Positions 37,194 through 51,678 of a stretch of 64,000 bases of DNA are shown here, in pieces. Source of the DNA: Candidatus Fonsibacter sp. Its GTDB lineage: Bacteria > Pseudomonadota > Alphaproteobacteria > Pelagibacterales > Pelagibacteraceae. The stretch lies in the NCBI GenBank assembly GCA_009693745.1, contig SHWR01000001.1:476-64475 (forward strand), in the 5' to 3' direction. The translations under genes and the position numbers were made by a program. The notes below the pieces were generated by a model. The model was not told the origin of the DNA. It did not search any database and saw only the letters and a program-made list of their open reading frames with translations. Within the stretch, counting starts at the first letter, position 1; each line of letters begins with the position of its first letter.

Positions 37194-38659
37194 AACAAGA
37201 AACTGTAAATTCTTGGATCTAAAACACTCAAAATATCTTTATTTAAACGAAGGTTTAACTCTTCTTGAGCAGCGTTAAGATTACTCTTACTAAATTTTTT
37301 ACTACTATTATTAATAATTTCATTGATCACCACTCTTCCTTTCTTCATATTTAAGTCTCCCTTCATTTTTCCAGAAAAACTAGTATTTGGTAAACGTGCT
37401 ATTTTTTCTCTCGGTCCATTAGTATTTTTGTAAAAATTTTTTATATTTACCAGATCAATTTGCGAATTAAAAAAGAATATTGTTTCCCTATTTTGAGTAA
37501 TAAACCGACCATTCATTTTTAGTAGATCGTTAGATTTTGAAATTAAATTTAATTCCTTAATATTTACATCTCCACCTTCAACAACGATAATAGCGTTAGC
37601 ATCAGAAAAAAGGTCATGATCAGTACTCATGTTTTTGAAATTTATTTTAAAAACACCGTAAAAGTCTTCGTGAATATTGAATAACTTATAATTAACTAGA
37701 TAATCTTTAAGAGTACTATTAGATAATTTTTTAAAATTTACGTCGACAAAATTAAATTCACTTACAAATACAAGTTTTGGTTTAAAATCAATTTTAGCAG
37801 AGCCTTCTCCTTTATATAAAGAAGAATTAATTAAAATATTTTTTAAATCTATGAAGTCATTTTTAAAATCAAAATTAAATCGTAAAATTAAATTATTTAG
37901 CCCAATTGTACTAAAAGTATTTGCATAACTAATTTTTGCATTTCCTAAAAAATCATTTTTTAAAAAGTTAATATCAGTTAGTTCTGCCTCAAGATTAAAA
38001 TTAAGATCATCGCACTTTATAAATAAACGACCAACATTTACATCTTTATTGATTGAACGTTGAAATGTACTTACAAAAGGTAAATTAAAAAAATTTCCCG
38101 TTGTATCAAATTTTCTTACATTTCCTTTATCGAAAATAATATCACTATTAATATCACTCAACTCAATAGAATTTTGATTTGAATTATATTTTAAATCTAA
38201 ATTGCTAATTTTGATTACTTTAAGATTTTTAACAGTTTCTGTATTTTTATAAAAATTATTAATATAATTATTTTCTAGTTCAATAATCCCATCAATAATC
38301 TCAACATTACTAATATTAAAATTTCTAAGAATTATATTAAAAATATTGATATTAAGATTAATCTTATAAATATTTCCAATATAAATATCTTCTTTTTTGT
38401 TAATATCAAAAATATCTACTGAAAATAATTCAATATGTGGTCTTAAAAATGGTTTATAAGAAATCTTTTCATTAATTTTAATCTTAACGAAAAATTTCTC
38501 TTGAATCTGATTTTCTATCTCAGATTTATGTCGATCAAGATCAATAAAGAATGGTAGTAAAAAAATAATAAAAACTATAACCGCAGAAGCAACCATGGTT
38601 ATGCTATAGATTTTATGATTATAAAAAGACTTTAAATATTTTAATTTCTTAAGAATCAT
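37190..38659 (-). CDS. Membrane-anchored N/I/K-rich hypothetical protein, AsmA-like N-terminus
   Basis: 489 aa. One N-terminal TM helix ([20 protein letters not shown]), followed by [13 protein letters not shown] as in AsmA-family N-termini. The rest is low-complexity and beta-prone. Stop codons overlap convergently with fumC. Confidence 0.4.
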   Translation of the reverse strand: MILKKLKYLKSFYNHKIYSITMVASAVIVFIIFLLPFFIDLDRHKSEIENQIQEKFFVKIKINEKISYKPFLRPHIELFSVDIFDINKKEDIYIGNIYKINLNINIFNIILRNFNISNVEIIDGIIELENNYINNFYKNTETVKNLKVIKISNLDLKYNSNQNSIELSDINSDIIFDKGNVRKFDTTGNFFNLPFVSTFQRSINKDVNVGRLFIKCDDLNFNLEAELTDINFLKNDFLGNAKISYANTFSTIGLNNLILRFNFDFKNDFIDLKNILINSSLYKGEGSAKIDFKPKLVFVSEFNFVDVNFKKLSNSTLKDYLVNYKLFNIHEDFYGVFKINFKNMSTDHDLFSDANAIIVVEGGDVNIKELNLISKSNDLLKMNGRFITQNRETIFFFNSQIDLVNIKNFYKNTNGPREKIARLPNTSFSGKMKGDLNMKKGRVVINEIINNSSKKFSKSNLNAAQEELNLRLNKDILSVLDPRIYSFLF

Positions 38660-38704
38660 TTAACTTTTGATATATTATGTTAAGTACTTGATTTATTTAA
38701 TTTT

Positions 38705-40937
38705 ATGAATTCCACTAGCCAAAATTACTTATTAAACCTCAATAATCAACAAAAAGAAGCTGTCATTCATTCGGACGGGCCATTGTTAATTTTGGCTGGT
38801 GCAGGATCAGGGAAAACTAAAGTTTTAACAACTCGGGTTGTTCATCTCATTGAAACGAAAAAATGTTGGGCCAATCAAATACTTTGTGTAACTTTTACTA
38901 ATAAAGCAGCAAATGAAATGAGAGAAAGAATATTTAAACTTCTTAGTGCGCAATCCTCTTTCCTTCCTTGGCTTGGAACTTTTCACTCTATAAGTAATAA
39001 AATTTTAAGACGTCATGCTGAAGCTGTGGGTTTAAAGTCTAATTTTACAATCCTAGATACTCTTGATCAATTAAGACTAATAAAAAATATAATTGAGACA
39101 GAAAACATTAATATAAAAACAATTCCGCCAAAGTTAGTTGCCGCTTTTATAGATGACTGGAAAAATAAAGGTCTTATTCCAAGTGAAGTTAAAGTTAATA
39201 ATGAAAACTACATTAAAGATACAGCATTAAAAATATATAGAATTTATCAGCAAAGATTAAAGATCATGAACTGCGTAGATTTTGGAGATCTAATCTTACA
39301 TTGTGTAACGATATTTAAAACTATGCCAGAAATTTTAGAATTATATCACAATAACTTTAAATATATTCTTGTAGACGAATACCAGGACACAAACTTTATT
39401 CAAAATATTTGGTTAAATTTATTATCTAAAAAAAATAACAATTTATGCTGTGTTGGAGATGATGATCAATCTATCTATAGTTGGCGCGGTGCTGAAGTTA
39501 AAAATATTTTAAATTTTGACAAACTAAATGCTAATACAACAGTTATCAAGCTGGAGCAAAACTATAGATCAACACAAAATATTTTGGATACTGCTTCTTC
39601 TTTAATTTCAAACAATGAAGGTAGGCTTGGTAAGAAATTATGGTCTAAAAATTCTAAGGGAGATTTAATAGAAGTTAATTGTTATAATAACGGATACGAT
39701 GAAGCTGTAGCCCTTGCAGATAAAATTGAAAAAAATTTATCAAAAGAGTTCTCACTTAATCAAATATCTATATTAGTTAGAGCTGCTTTTCAAACAAGAG
39801 AGTTTGAAGATCGATTTATTAAAATTAACTTACCTTATAGAGTCATCGGAGGATTAAAATTTTATGATCGTGCAGAGATTAAAGATGCTATTTGTTATAT
39901 TAGAATTATTTATCAAGAAAATGATGATCTTGCCTTTGAGAGAATTATCAATATCCCAAAACGTTCGATTGGCGACACCACTTTAAAAGAAATTCATAAA
40001 ATTGCAAAAGAGGAAAATGTTAATTTAGAACAGGCATCGTTCATTTATTGTGATAAAGAAAATCCCACTGGTAAAACCATTCTGAGTTTAAAAAAAATTA
40101 TCACTGATATTCATTTATGGAGAAAATTATCAAAAGAAATAACTCATTATGAGCTAATGGAAAAAGTCCTTGATGAATCTGGCTATTCTCAAATGCTTAT
40201 GAATGAAAAAACACCAGAAGCTGACGGTAAATTAGAAAATCTAAAAGAATTAATATTATCAATGAAAAACTATAGTAGCCTTCAAGATTTTCTTGAAAAT
40301 ATTTCACTACAAACTTCAATAGATGAAGATTGGAATGGTCAAAAAATAAATTTAATGACTATGCACGCTGCTAAAGGACTCGAATTTGATGCGGTTTTTT
40401 TACCTGGCTGGGAAGAAGGATTATTTCCTCACCAAAAATCTATCGACGAGAAAGGCCAACAGGCTATTGAGGAAGAAAGAAGACTTGCTTATGTTGCAAT
40501 TACTAGAACAAAGAAAAAATTATTCATCTCTTTTGTAAACAATAGAAGAATCTACGGAGGTAAAAGAGATAGAGATATAGACTGGATGCCAACACTTCCT
40601 TCTCGTTTTATTGAAGAACTTCCTAAAGATTATATCAACATGAAAAATCATTTTTCAGAATATCAAAAAAATGACTTCGATTTTAATCAAGAAGTTGACT
40701 ACGACAAACCTTCAAGAAGTCCTGGTTGGGCAAGATTAAAGGAAGCAAAAAAGAATGACATTAATTTTAATAGAATAAGCTTTAGTAATAATAATACAAT
40801 TTTCAAAGTTGGTGAAGGCGTAACTCATGAAGATTTTGGAAATGGCAAAGTAATTCATATTGAAGATAATAAACTTATTATTAATTTTAAAAAATATGGT
40901 GAAAAAAAAATAATTGATAAATTTATAAAAAAAAATA

Positions 40938-40951
<14 letters not shown>
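38705..40951 (+). CDS. uvrD: ATP-dependent DNA helicase, UvrD/PcrA/Rep family
   Basis: 748 aa. Helicase motifs AGAGSGKTKVLT, VDEYQDTN, LEQNYRST and TMHAAKGLEFD. C-terminal Tudor-like VGEGVTHEDFGNGKVI. Confidence 0.85.
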
Positions 40952-44699
<3,748 letters not shown>

Positions 44700-45524
44700 T
44701 TAGTTAAGTATTTTTTTAAAACTATCTAAAAGAGATTTATCTTTTTTAGGTAAAGCTGTCTGATTTGTTGAAACTAATAAATAACTTTTTTTATACCACT
44801 CGCTAGAATTAAAATTATAACCTAAAATTGCTGCAGCTTTACTAGCATCTTCTTCCAATCCTAGTTTATGATAAATCTCAACAAGTCTATATAAAGCCTC
44901 TTCGATATAAATTGTGGTTTGATATTTATCTACAATTGTTTTTAATCTATTGATAGCTGCTGCCCATTTTTGTTTATTCATATAATATCTTGCAACATAC
45001 ATTTCTTTTCCAGCCATTAAATCGTTTAACAGATCTAATTTATATTTAGCGTCGTCTGCATACTCGGTATTTGAATAACTATTTATTAATGATTTAAATT
45101 GATTAATTGCTTTAATAGTTTTTTCTTGATCTTTAGAAAATTCACTTACTTCTTCAAAATAACAAATGCCTATTAAGTACTCTACATAAACTCTTTCAGG
45201 ATTATTCGGATAAAATTTTACATAACGTTCAAGTACAGAAAGTGTATCCACGCAACGATTTGCTTCATAATAAACATATGCTATCATTAATAAAGATTTT
45301 GGAGCCCATTCTGTGTAGGAATAATCTTTTTCTACCATCTTAAACTTTTCAATTGCTCCTTCTGCTTTACCTTCATTAAAATCGTCCATGGCATATCCCC
45401 ATAACTTGGGCAGACTAACTTTTTCTTTTGGAGGGGCCACTAAAGGCTTATCACCTGATGAAGAGCAACTTACAACAAACAAAAAAATTAATAAAATATG
45501 GAATATTGTTTTTTTTTTAAACAT
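44700..45524 (-). CDS. bamD: Outer membrane protein assembly factor BamD (YfiO/ComL lipoprotein)
   Basis: 274 aa. Lipobox FVVSC, TPR-like repeats, and conserved alphaproteobacterial synteny next to lpxC. Confidence 0.8.
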   Translation of the reverse strand: MFKKKTIFHILLIFLFVVSCSSSGDKPLVAPPKEKVSLPKLWGYAMDDFNEGKAEGAIEKFKMVEKDYSYTEWAPKSLLMIAYVYYEANRCVDTLSVLERYVKFYPNNPERVYVEYLIGICYFEEVSEFSKDQEKTIKAINQFKSLINSYSNTEYADDAKYKLDLLNDLMAGKEMYVARYYMNKQKWAAAINRLKTIVDKYQTTIYIEEALYRLVEIYHKLGLEEDASKAAAILGYNFNSSEWYKKSYLLVSTNQTALPKKDKSLLDSFKKILN

Positions 45525-45574
45525 TAAAATTAAAAGTTTTTATTATTGCTTTTAATTAAGTTTTACCACTAAAA

Positions 45575-46492
45575 TTATAAATTCACTACAAGTTGATTTT
45601 GCGAATAAGAACTAACAGAAGAGAAATTTTTTGTTTTTTGTGTTGCTAAATTCCATGCATTTTTATTTTTGATTAAGGCTTCTAATAATTTACGTGTCAT
45701 ATCATGGCCGCCTTGATAACAATTTACTTTTCCAATAAGTGAGAAACCTGCCAAATATAGATCCCCTATGCAGTCTAAAATTTTATGTCTTACAAATTCA
45801 TCTTTATGTCTCAAACCATCTTGGTTTAGAACTTTATCTTCAGAAACAACAATTGCATTCTCTAAGGAGCCCCCCTTTGCAAGTCCCATCTTAAATATAT
45901 TTTCAAGATCTTTTTGCAGACAAAACGTTCTAGAGTCATGAACTTCCATAAATCCATTTTTCTCTAGATCTATTTTTTTACTTTGTTTTTTAATAACACG
46001 ATCATGAAAATCGATTTCATAATTAATTTCTAAATTATTTTTATTTGTTGGTTCAATTGAAATAGATTTGTATTTATCTTTAACAATAATTTTTTTTAAA
46101 ATTTTAATATATTTTTTTTCAGAACTTTGAACTGTAGTTCCAACGTTTTGAATGGCAATCGCAAACTCTTTTGAACTTCCATCTAATATTGGTAATTCTT
46201 GGCTATCAACTTCTACTATGGCATTATCAATATCCAATCCTGATAAAGCGGACATTAAATGTTCAATAGTTGAAATTGAAGCATGTTTATTAGAAATAGT
46301 CGTACATAATTTTGCTGGCAAAGCGTTACTAATATGAGCTTTGATAATTTTTTCTTTTCCTTTGTAATCGACTCTAACAAAAGTTATTCCTGAATTAGGA
46401 GCTGATGGCTTAACTACAAGATTAGCAACTAATCCGCTATGAAGACCAACTCCTTTGAAATTGATTTTTGACTTTAAAGTCTTTTGGTACAT
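45575..46492 (-). CDS. lpxC: UDP-3-O-acyl-N-acetylglucosamine deacetylase
   Basis: 305 aa. Contains MYQKTLK...GVGLHSG, STIEHLMSAL, and HKILDCIGDLYLAG. Confidence 0.95.
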   Translation of the reverse strand: MYQKTLKSKINFKGVGLHSGLVANLVVKPSAPNSGITFVRVDYKGKEKIIKAHISNALPAKLCTTISNKHASISTIEHLMSALSGLDIDNAIVEVDSQELPILDGSSKEFAIAIQNVGTTVQSSEKKYIKILKKIIVKDKYKSISIEPTNKNNLEINYEIDFHDRVIKKQSKKIDLEKNGFMEVHDSRTFCLQKDLENIFKMGLAKGGSLENAIVVSEDKVLNQDGLRHKDEFVRHKILDCIGDLYLAGFSLIGKVNCYQGGHDMTRKLLEALIKNKNAWNLATQKTKNFSSVSSYSQNQLVVNL

Positions 46493-46555
46493 ATTTTTGA
46501 TTAAAGATATTTAGTAAAATTCATAATAATAGCTAATCACCTTTTGTTACGATTT

Positions 46556-47788
46556 CTACTTTTGAAAAATAGATAAAAGTCTTAAAAAAAAGCCTGTATT
46601 CTTAAATTTAATTAGCAAAGCCTCTGAGGGAAATCCATAAAAATAGTTCTTAAGTATTCCATAACAAACTAGAAAATCTTGCGATAAATTATTAACTAAA
46701 TTTTGGTCTTCATGTCTTTTTTGCAAAACAAGCTCGACTCTTTGTGAAAAATATCTTTTTATTAAATTTGTTAAACCAACTAAGTTTGATCCTCTTCCAG
46801 AAATATAAATTCTCTTAGTTTTTATATCTATTAGATTGCAAGACTTAATTTTTTTATAAATTAACTGCAAAATTTCTTCAATCCTAGAGTTAATAATAGT
46901 ATTAACTATTGTCTTAGAAATCTTTCTAAAATCATCATCTGGAAATAAATGAACTGGTAAATATTCAATCTTATCTTTGCTATTCTCATTTAATATACAT
47001 TCTCCAATTTCAACTTTAATTCTTTCTGCAACCTCTATTTTAATATCTAGAACTTTAGCTAAGTCTTTTGAAACATGAATTGAGCCGTAAGGAATAACAC
47101 CAACATATAGGAGTGTACTATTTTCAAAAACAGCAAAGCTTGTCTTGTCTTTGCCAAAATCAATACAAATAAAACCTTCGTTTAAATCCTCTGGGTTTAA
47201 AAAAGAAAGACCTAAGGCATACGCACCAAAAACATAATTCTCAACTGACAATTCACAAGAATTAATAATATTTTTTAAATTATCAATAGCAGATTGTTCT
47301 GCTAAGACTGCATGAACATCAGCTGAAAAAATATTTGCTTTAAAGCCAACTGGATTTTCAACATTAATCTTTTTATCAATTTTATAATTTGATGTGAAAA
47401 TATGTAAAATTTCTTTATTTTTATTGTTCTTATTAATTTCATCTACGGCAATATGTATCAAGCCCTGAATATCTTTTTCGTGCTCTATTTGATCACCATG
47501 TACACTTTTATACTCTGTTAATAAGTTGCTAGAGATATTTTCAAATTCTACGTTTACAATAATATTGTCTAACGAAATACCAGCTTGCTTTTCAGCAATT
47601 TCTAAACATTCTCGTACCACTAAATTTGCTTCATAGAAATTTGTAACTTGTCCTTTTGCAATTCCTTTTGATGCAACAATCGATTTTCCTAAAATTTCAA
47701 TTTTATTATTTTTTAATTTTGCAATCAGACACTTAATTTTTGAAGAACCTATATCTATAGATGCAATTAATTCATTTTTTTGACTCAT
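46556..47788 (-). CDS. ftsA: Cell division protein FtsA
   Basis: 410 aa actin-fold protein. ASIDIGSSKIKCLIA is present, with a C-terminal amphipathic helix GFFLRLLSIFQK. Confidence 0.9.
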   Translation of the reverse strand: MSQKNELIASIDIGSSKIKCLIAKLKNNKIEILGKSIVASKGIAKGQVTNFYEANLVVRECLEIAEKQAGISLDNIIVNVEFENISSNLLTEYKSVHGDQIEHEKDIQGLIHIAVDEINKNNKNKEILHIFTSNYKIDKKINVENPVGFKANIFSADVHAVLAEQSAIDNLKNIINSCELSVENYVFGAYALGLSFLNPEDLNEGFICIDFGKDKTSFAVFENSTLLYVGVIPYGSIHVSKDLAKVLDIKIEVAERIKVEIGECILNENSKDKIEYLPVHLFPDDDFRKISKTIVNTIINSRIEEILQLIYKKIKSCNLIDIKTKRIYISGRGSNLVGLTNLIKRYFSQRVELVLQKRHEDQNLVNNLSQDFLVCYGILKNYFYGFPSEALLIKFKNTGFFLRLLSIFQK

Positions 47789-47791
47789 TAT

Positions 47792-48460
47792 TTATTTTAC
47801 AAATATTTTGTTCTTAAGTCTTAAGTCGATATATGTGGTTTTTTCATCTTTGGACTGAATAAGCACTTTATTTAGATTGTTAATCTGCTCATTATAATCA
47901 TATCTACCGAGCATAATTTTTTTATTACCTTTTAAAAATAAATCCCATCTTTCAGAATTTGTAAATTCAAAACTAGTAATATTAGATAGATCAAAATTAT
48001 TATTATTTAACGCTTTATAAAGTCTTTTGAGATCTTCAATATCAAAATTGCCTCTGGCTTGTGTTTGATTAGAAAAATTATTTAAATTAAATTTTTCTAT
48101 TAATGTAAATTCCTTAGTAATTATTAAATTATTATTACCTTTTTTCCAAAACGCAAAAGGTTCATGCTCAACTAGTACTACATTAATTATTGATGGGAAT
48201 TTTTTATTAATATTTACAAAATGTATCCATTCATTTTGTAAAATTATTTCATTCATTTTTTTATGGTCTACACTTAAAATGCTAGTGTTAACTAAAAAGT
48301 TGAATTGTTTTTTAAGTTTTTCTAAATCAGTATTCTTTGAACCAGAAACATTAACGTTCTTAATAATAAAAAGGCCAAGTTTTAGTAAGGGTAGCTCTGG
48401 ATTAAATGTTGTAAGAAATATTAATAAAGCGAGAAAAATATATCTCTTTGTTTTGATCAT
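47792..48460 (-). CDS. ftsQ: Cell division protein FtsQ
   Basis: 222 aa. One N-terminal TM helix followed by a POTRA-like region (IKNVNVSGSKNT). Sits in the canonical position between ddl and ftsA. Confidence 0.7.
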   Translation of the reverse strand: MIKTKRYIFLALLIFLTTFNPELPLLKLGLFIIKNVNVSGSKNTDLEKLKKQFNFLVNTSILSVDHKKMNEIILQNEWIHFVNINKKFPSIINVVLVEHEPFAFWKKGNNNLIITKEFTLIEKFNLNNFSNQTQARGNFDIEDLKRLYKALNNNNFDLSNITSFEFTNSERWDLFLKGNKKIMLGRYDYNEQINNLNKVLIQSKDEKTTYIDLRLKNKIFVK

Positions 48461-49377
48461 CTATTAATAGAAGCATCATTAATTATCCATTTAACTAATT
48501 CATTGAAAGATATTCCGTAATAATTAGCAATCTCTGGAACTAAAGATAAACTTGTCATGCCTGGTTGGGTATTTACTTCAAGAATATAAATTTTGTTAAT
48601 TTTATCGAATTCATTATATCTAAAATCTGACCTCGTCACTCCTCTACAGCCTAAAATATTATGCGCCTGTAAAGCCATATCTAAAATCTTTTTATAATCA
48701 GATTCATTCATTTTAATAGGAATAATATGTTTAGTTTTGGCATTGGCTGAATATTTAGCTTCATAATCGTAAAAAGATCTTGTCGGCACAATCTCTATTC
48801 CGCCTAAAGCTTTTGAGCCCATGACTGCAACCTGTATTTCTCTTCCTGGAATATATTTTTCTAAAATTAGAAAATTATATTCCTTTAATAGAGAGATAAT
48901 TGTTTCTTGATTAGATTTCTTTTCTTCATTAAAAATGTAAACTCCTACGCTAGATCCTTCGTTATTTGGCTTTATAACACACGGGTATCCAATTTCTGAT
49001 TTATTAAAATCTTCTAAAGTTCTAATGACTTGATAATCTGGTGAGCTAATTTTTGCATCCTTAAAAATTTTTTTTGATGTTAATTTGTCCATCGCAATTG
49101 CTGAAGATAAAATTCCAGAATGAGTGTAGGGTATTTTTAAATGCTCTAATAATCCTTGAATAGAACCATCCTCTCCAAATCTTCCGTGCAGAGCATTAAA
49201 AACTTTATCAGGGTTATTCTTAATTAATTTTTCGATAAAATCATCTTTTGCATCTAAACTTTTCACATCAAAACCAATTTCAATAAGAGCTTTTGCGCAG
49301 GCTTTGCCGCTATCTATGCTCACTTCTCTTTCAGCTGATATCCCACCCATTAAAACTGTAACTTTTTCTTTTTTCAT
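48457..49377 (-). CDS. ddl: D-alanine--D-alanine ligase
   Basis: 306 aa. Contains VLMGGISAEREVS, HGRFGEDGSIQGLLE, and LEVNTQPGMT. Confidence 0.95.
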   Translation of the reverse strand: MKKEKVTVLMGGISAEREVSIDSGKACAKALIEIGFDVKSLDAKDDFIEKLIKNNPDKVFNALHGRFGEDGSIQGLLEHLKIPYTHSGILSSAIAMDKLTSKKIFKDAKISSPDYQVIRTLEDFNKSEIGYPCVIKPNNEGSSVGVYIFNEEKKSNQETIISLLKEYNFLILEKYIPGREIQVAVMGSKALGGIEIVPTRSFYDYEAKYSANAKTKHIIPIKMNESDYKKILDMALQAHNILGCRGVTRSDFRYNEFDKINKIYILEVNTQPGMTSLSLVPEIANYYGISFNELVKWIINDASINR

Positions 49378-50282
49378 TTTGTTCCTACAACTTCTAATTC
49401 GAGCTCTAAGTTTATATTAGTTTTTTTAAAAACCTCTTTTTTTATATTTTCAATTAAATTTTCTGCATCTTCTGAGCTTGCTTTACCTAAATTCTCTAAA
49501 AAATTACAATGTAAATTAGACAATTTAATGCCACCAACCTTTAAATCAGCGCAACCAGACTCTTTTATTAATTGCCAAGCTTTTTTATCTGAATTATTTG
49601 GATTTTTAAAAGTGCTACCCCCCGTTTTAATCTTTTGCGGTTGCTCAGTATCTTTTTTATTTTTTAAATTTTTCATAATTTCTAATACCTTCTGTTTTTC
49701 AAGAAAAGATCCCTTCATCTCAATATTAGTTATAATCTGATTTTTAGTAAGTGAACTGTGTCGATAAGAAAAATTAATATCTTTATTATTAATAATTTTA
49801 ATTTCTCCATTCATATCGATCACCGAGATGCTCAATACTATTTTTGATATATCGCTACCATAGCAACCTGAATTCATAGCTACCCCGCCAGCAATCGTTC
49901 CCGGAATACAATACAAAAATTCAAAGCCAGTTAAATTACTATTAGCAGCATATTCTGCTAAAAGTGATTTTTTTGTTGCAGGTCCACAATTAATAATATC
50001 GTTATTAATTTTTATATAATCAAAATCTTTTCCAAATTTAATAACCACTCCATCAAACCCTTTGTCCCTAATTAACAAATTTGAACCAGAGCCAATTACA
50101 ACAATTGGAAAATGTTGATTATTATTTCTTAAAAATATTTGTAAATCTTTTAGATCTTTTGGCTTAAAAAAAATTTTTGCTTTTCCTCCAATTCCAAGCC
50201 AATTAGATTTAGATAAATCGAAATTTTCTCTCAGCTCTCCTTGGAGATTTTTTTTAATTTGTGAATAAAAATTAATGCTCAT
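49374..50282 (-). CDS. murB: UDP-N-acetylenolpyruvoylglucosamine reductase
   Basis: 302 aa. FAD-binding domain (GIGGKAKIFF, IGSGSNLL), GGSTFKNP, and a C-terminal MurB domain. Confidence 0.9.
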   Translation of the reverse strand: MSINFYSQIKKNLQGELRENFDLSKSNWLGIGGKAKIFFKPKDLKDLQIFLRNNNQHFPIVVIGSGSNLLIRDKGFDGVVIKFGKDFDYIKINNDIINCGPATKKSLLAEYAANSNLTGFEFLYCIPGTIAGGVAMNSGCYGSDISKIVLSISVIDMNGEIKIINNKDINFSYRHSSLTKNQIITNIEMKGSFLEKQKVLEIMKNLKNKKDTEQPQKIKTGGSTFKNPNNSDKKAWQLIKESGCADLKVGGIKLSNLHCNFLENLGKASSEDAENLIENIKKEVFKKTNINLELELEVVGTK

Positions 50283-51678
50283 TTTTTAAATTAACAGCAA
50301 TTTCTCTAATCCAACTACTGATACTTCCGGCACCCATACAAACAATAACTTCATTTCCATAAGTATGACGTTTTATAAATCTTTCTAAATCAAATTGATT
50401 TTCTATGCATATAACATCTTTTTTTAAATTCTTTTTGATAAGCTTAGCCAATTCATAATGATTAATATTTTTTATTGGTTTCTCACTTGCTGCATAAATA
50501 GGACATAAAACAATTAAATCGCTATCTTTAAAAGCGTTTGCAAATTCTTTTTTTAATGAAGCAACTCTTGAATATCTGTGGGGCTGAAATACTGTTACAA
50601 TTTTTTTGTCCTTAAAACTGGATTTAATAGCATTTAAAACCGAGGTAATTTCTGTTGGGTGGTGAGCGTAATCATCATAAATTTCACTTCCTCTAAAATT
50701 AGTGATTTTAGTTAATCTTCTTTGTACCCCTAAAAAATTTTTTAAAGTTTTTTTGATAATATTATTTTTAATACCTAAACTTTTAGCAACTCCTATGGCG
50801 GCAGTTGCATTAAGCACATTGTATCTACCCAATAAATTTAGCTCAATATTTTTAATATACTCAACTTTATTATTAAGTTTTACAGACATATTAAAACACA
50901 TCATTTTTCCTAAATTTTTTATATTGTAAGGATGAAGATCTGATCCATTTTCAAAACCATAAGTAATGATGTTAGACTTATTCTTTTTTTTTAAAATTTT
51001 TTTTAAAAATTTATCATCGGTACAAATAAATGATTTACCAATTAAAGGTGTCTTATTTATAAAAGTTTCAAAACTTTTATATATATTATTAAAATTTTTA
51101 TAATAATCTAAATGCTCCTTATCAATATTACTGACTACGGAATAAGTAATTGGTATTTTTAAAAAACTACCATCAGATTCGTCTGCTTCAACAACCGCCC
51201 AGTCTCCTTTTCCAAATAATGCGTTTGAATTAATTGAGTTTAATATGCCACCATTAATAATCATTGGATCTAGTTTTGCTTTAAACAAAAGTGTTGATAT
51301 CAATGAAGTAATTGTAGTTTTACCATGGGCACCGCTAATCACTATATTTTTTTTTAACTTAACAATTTCAGAAAGCATCTCTACTCTCTGAATAACTAGT
51401 ATTTTTCTTCTTTTTGCTTCTCTTAACTCTGAATTATCTTTGTTAATTGCAGATGAAAATACGACTAGTTTAGAATTTCCTATATTTTTCTTTGCATGAT
51501 TAAAAAAAATCTTCAATCCAAGCTTTTGCAATCTTTTTATATTTTTATTATCTCTTGATGGATCACTGCCCTGAACTTTAAATCCAATATTGTGCATGAT
51601 TTCGGCAATGCCACTCATGCCTATTCCTCCTATGCCAATAAAATGAACTTGATCATTAGTTGTGATTTTAAAAGTCAT
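50272..51678 (-). CDS. murC: UDP-N-acetylmuramate--L-alanine ligase
   Basis: 468 aa. Contains HFIGIGGIGMSGIAE, GAHGKTTITS, and DDYAHHPTE. Confidence 0.95.
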   Translation of the reverse strand: MTFKITTNDQVHFIGIGGIGMSGIAEIMHNIGFKVQGSDPSRDNKNIKRLQKLGLKIFFNHAKKNIGNSKLVVFSSAINKDNSELREAKRRKILVIQRVEMLSEIVKLKKNIVISGAHGKTTITSLISTLLFKAKLDPMIINGGILNSINSNALFGKGDWAVVEADESDGSFLKIPITYSVVSNIDKEHLDYYKNFNNIYKSFETFINKTPLIGKSFICTDDKFLKKILKKKNKSNIITYGFENGSDLHPYNIKNLGKMMCFNMSVKLNNKVEYIKNIELNLLGRYNVLNATAAIGVAKSLGIKNNIIKKTLKNFLGVQRRLTKITNFRGSEIYDDYAHHPTEITSVLNAIKSSFKDKKIVTVFQPHRYSRVASLKKEFANAFKDSDLIVLCPIYAASEKPIKNINHYELAKLIKKNLKKDVICIENQFDLERFIKRHTYGNEVIVCMGAGSISSWIREIAVNLKNEH

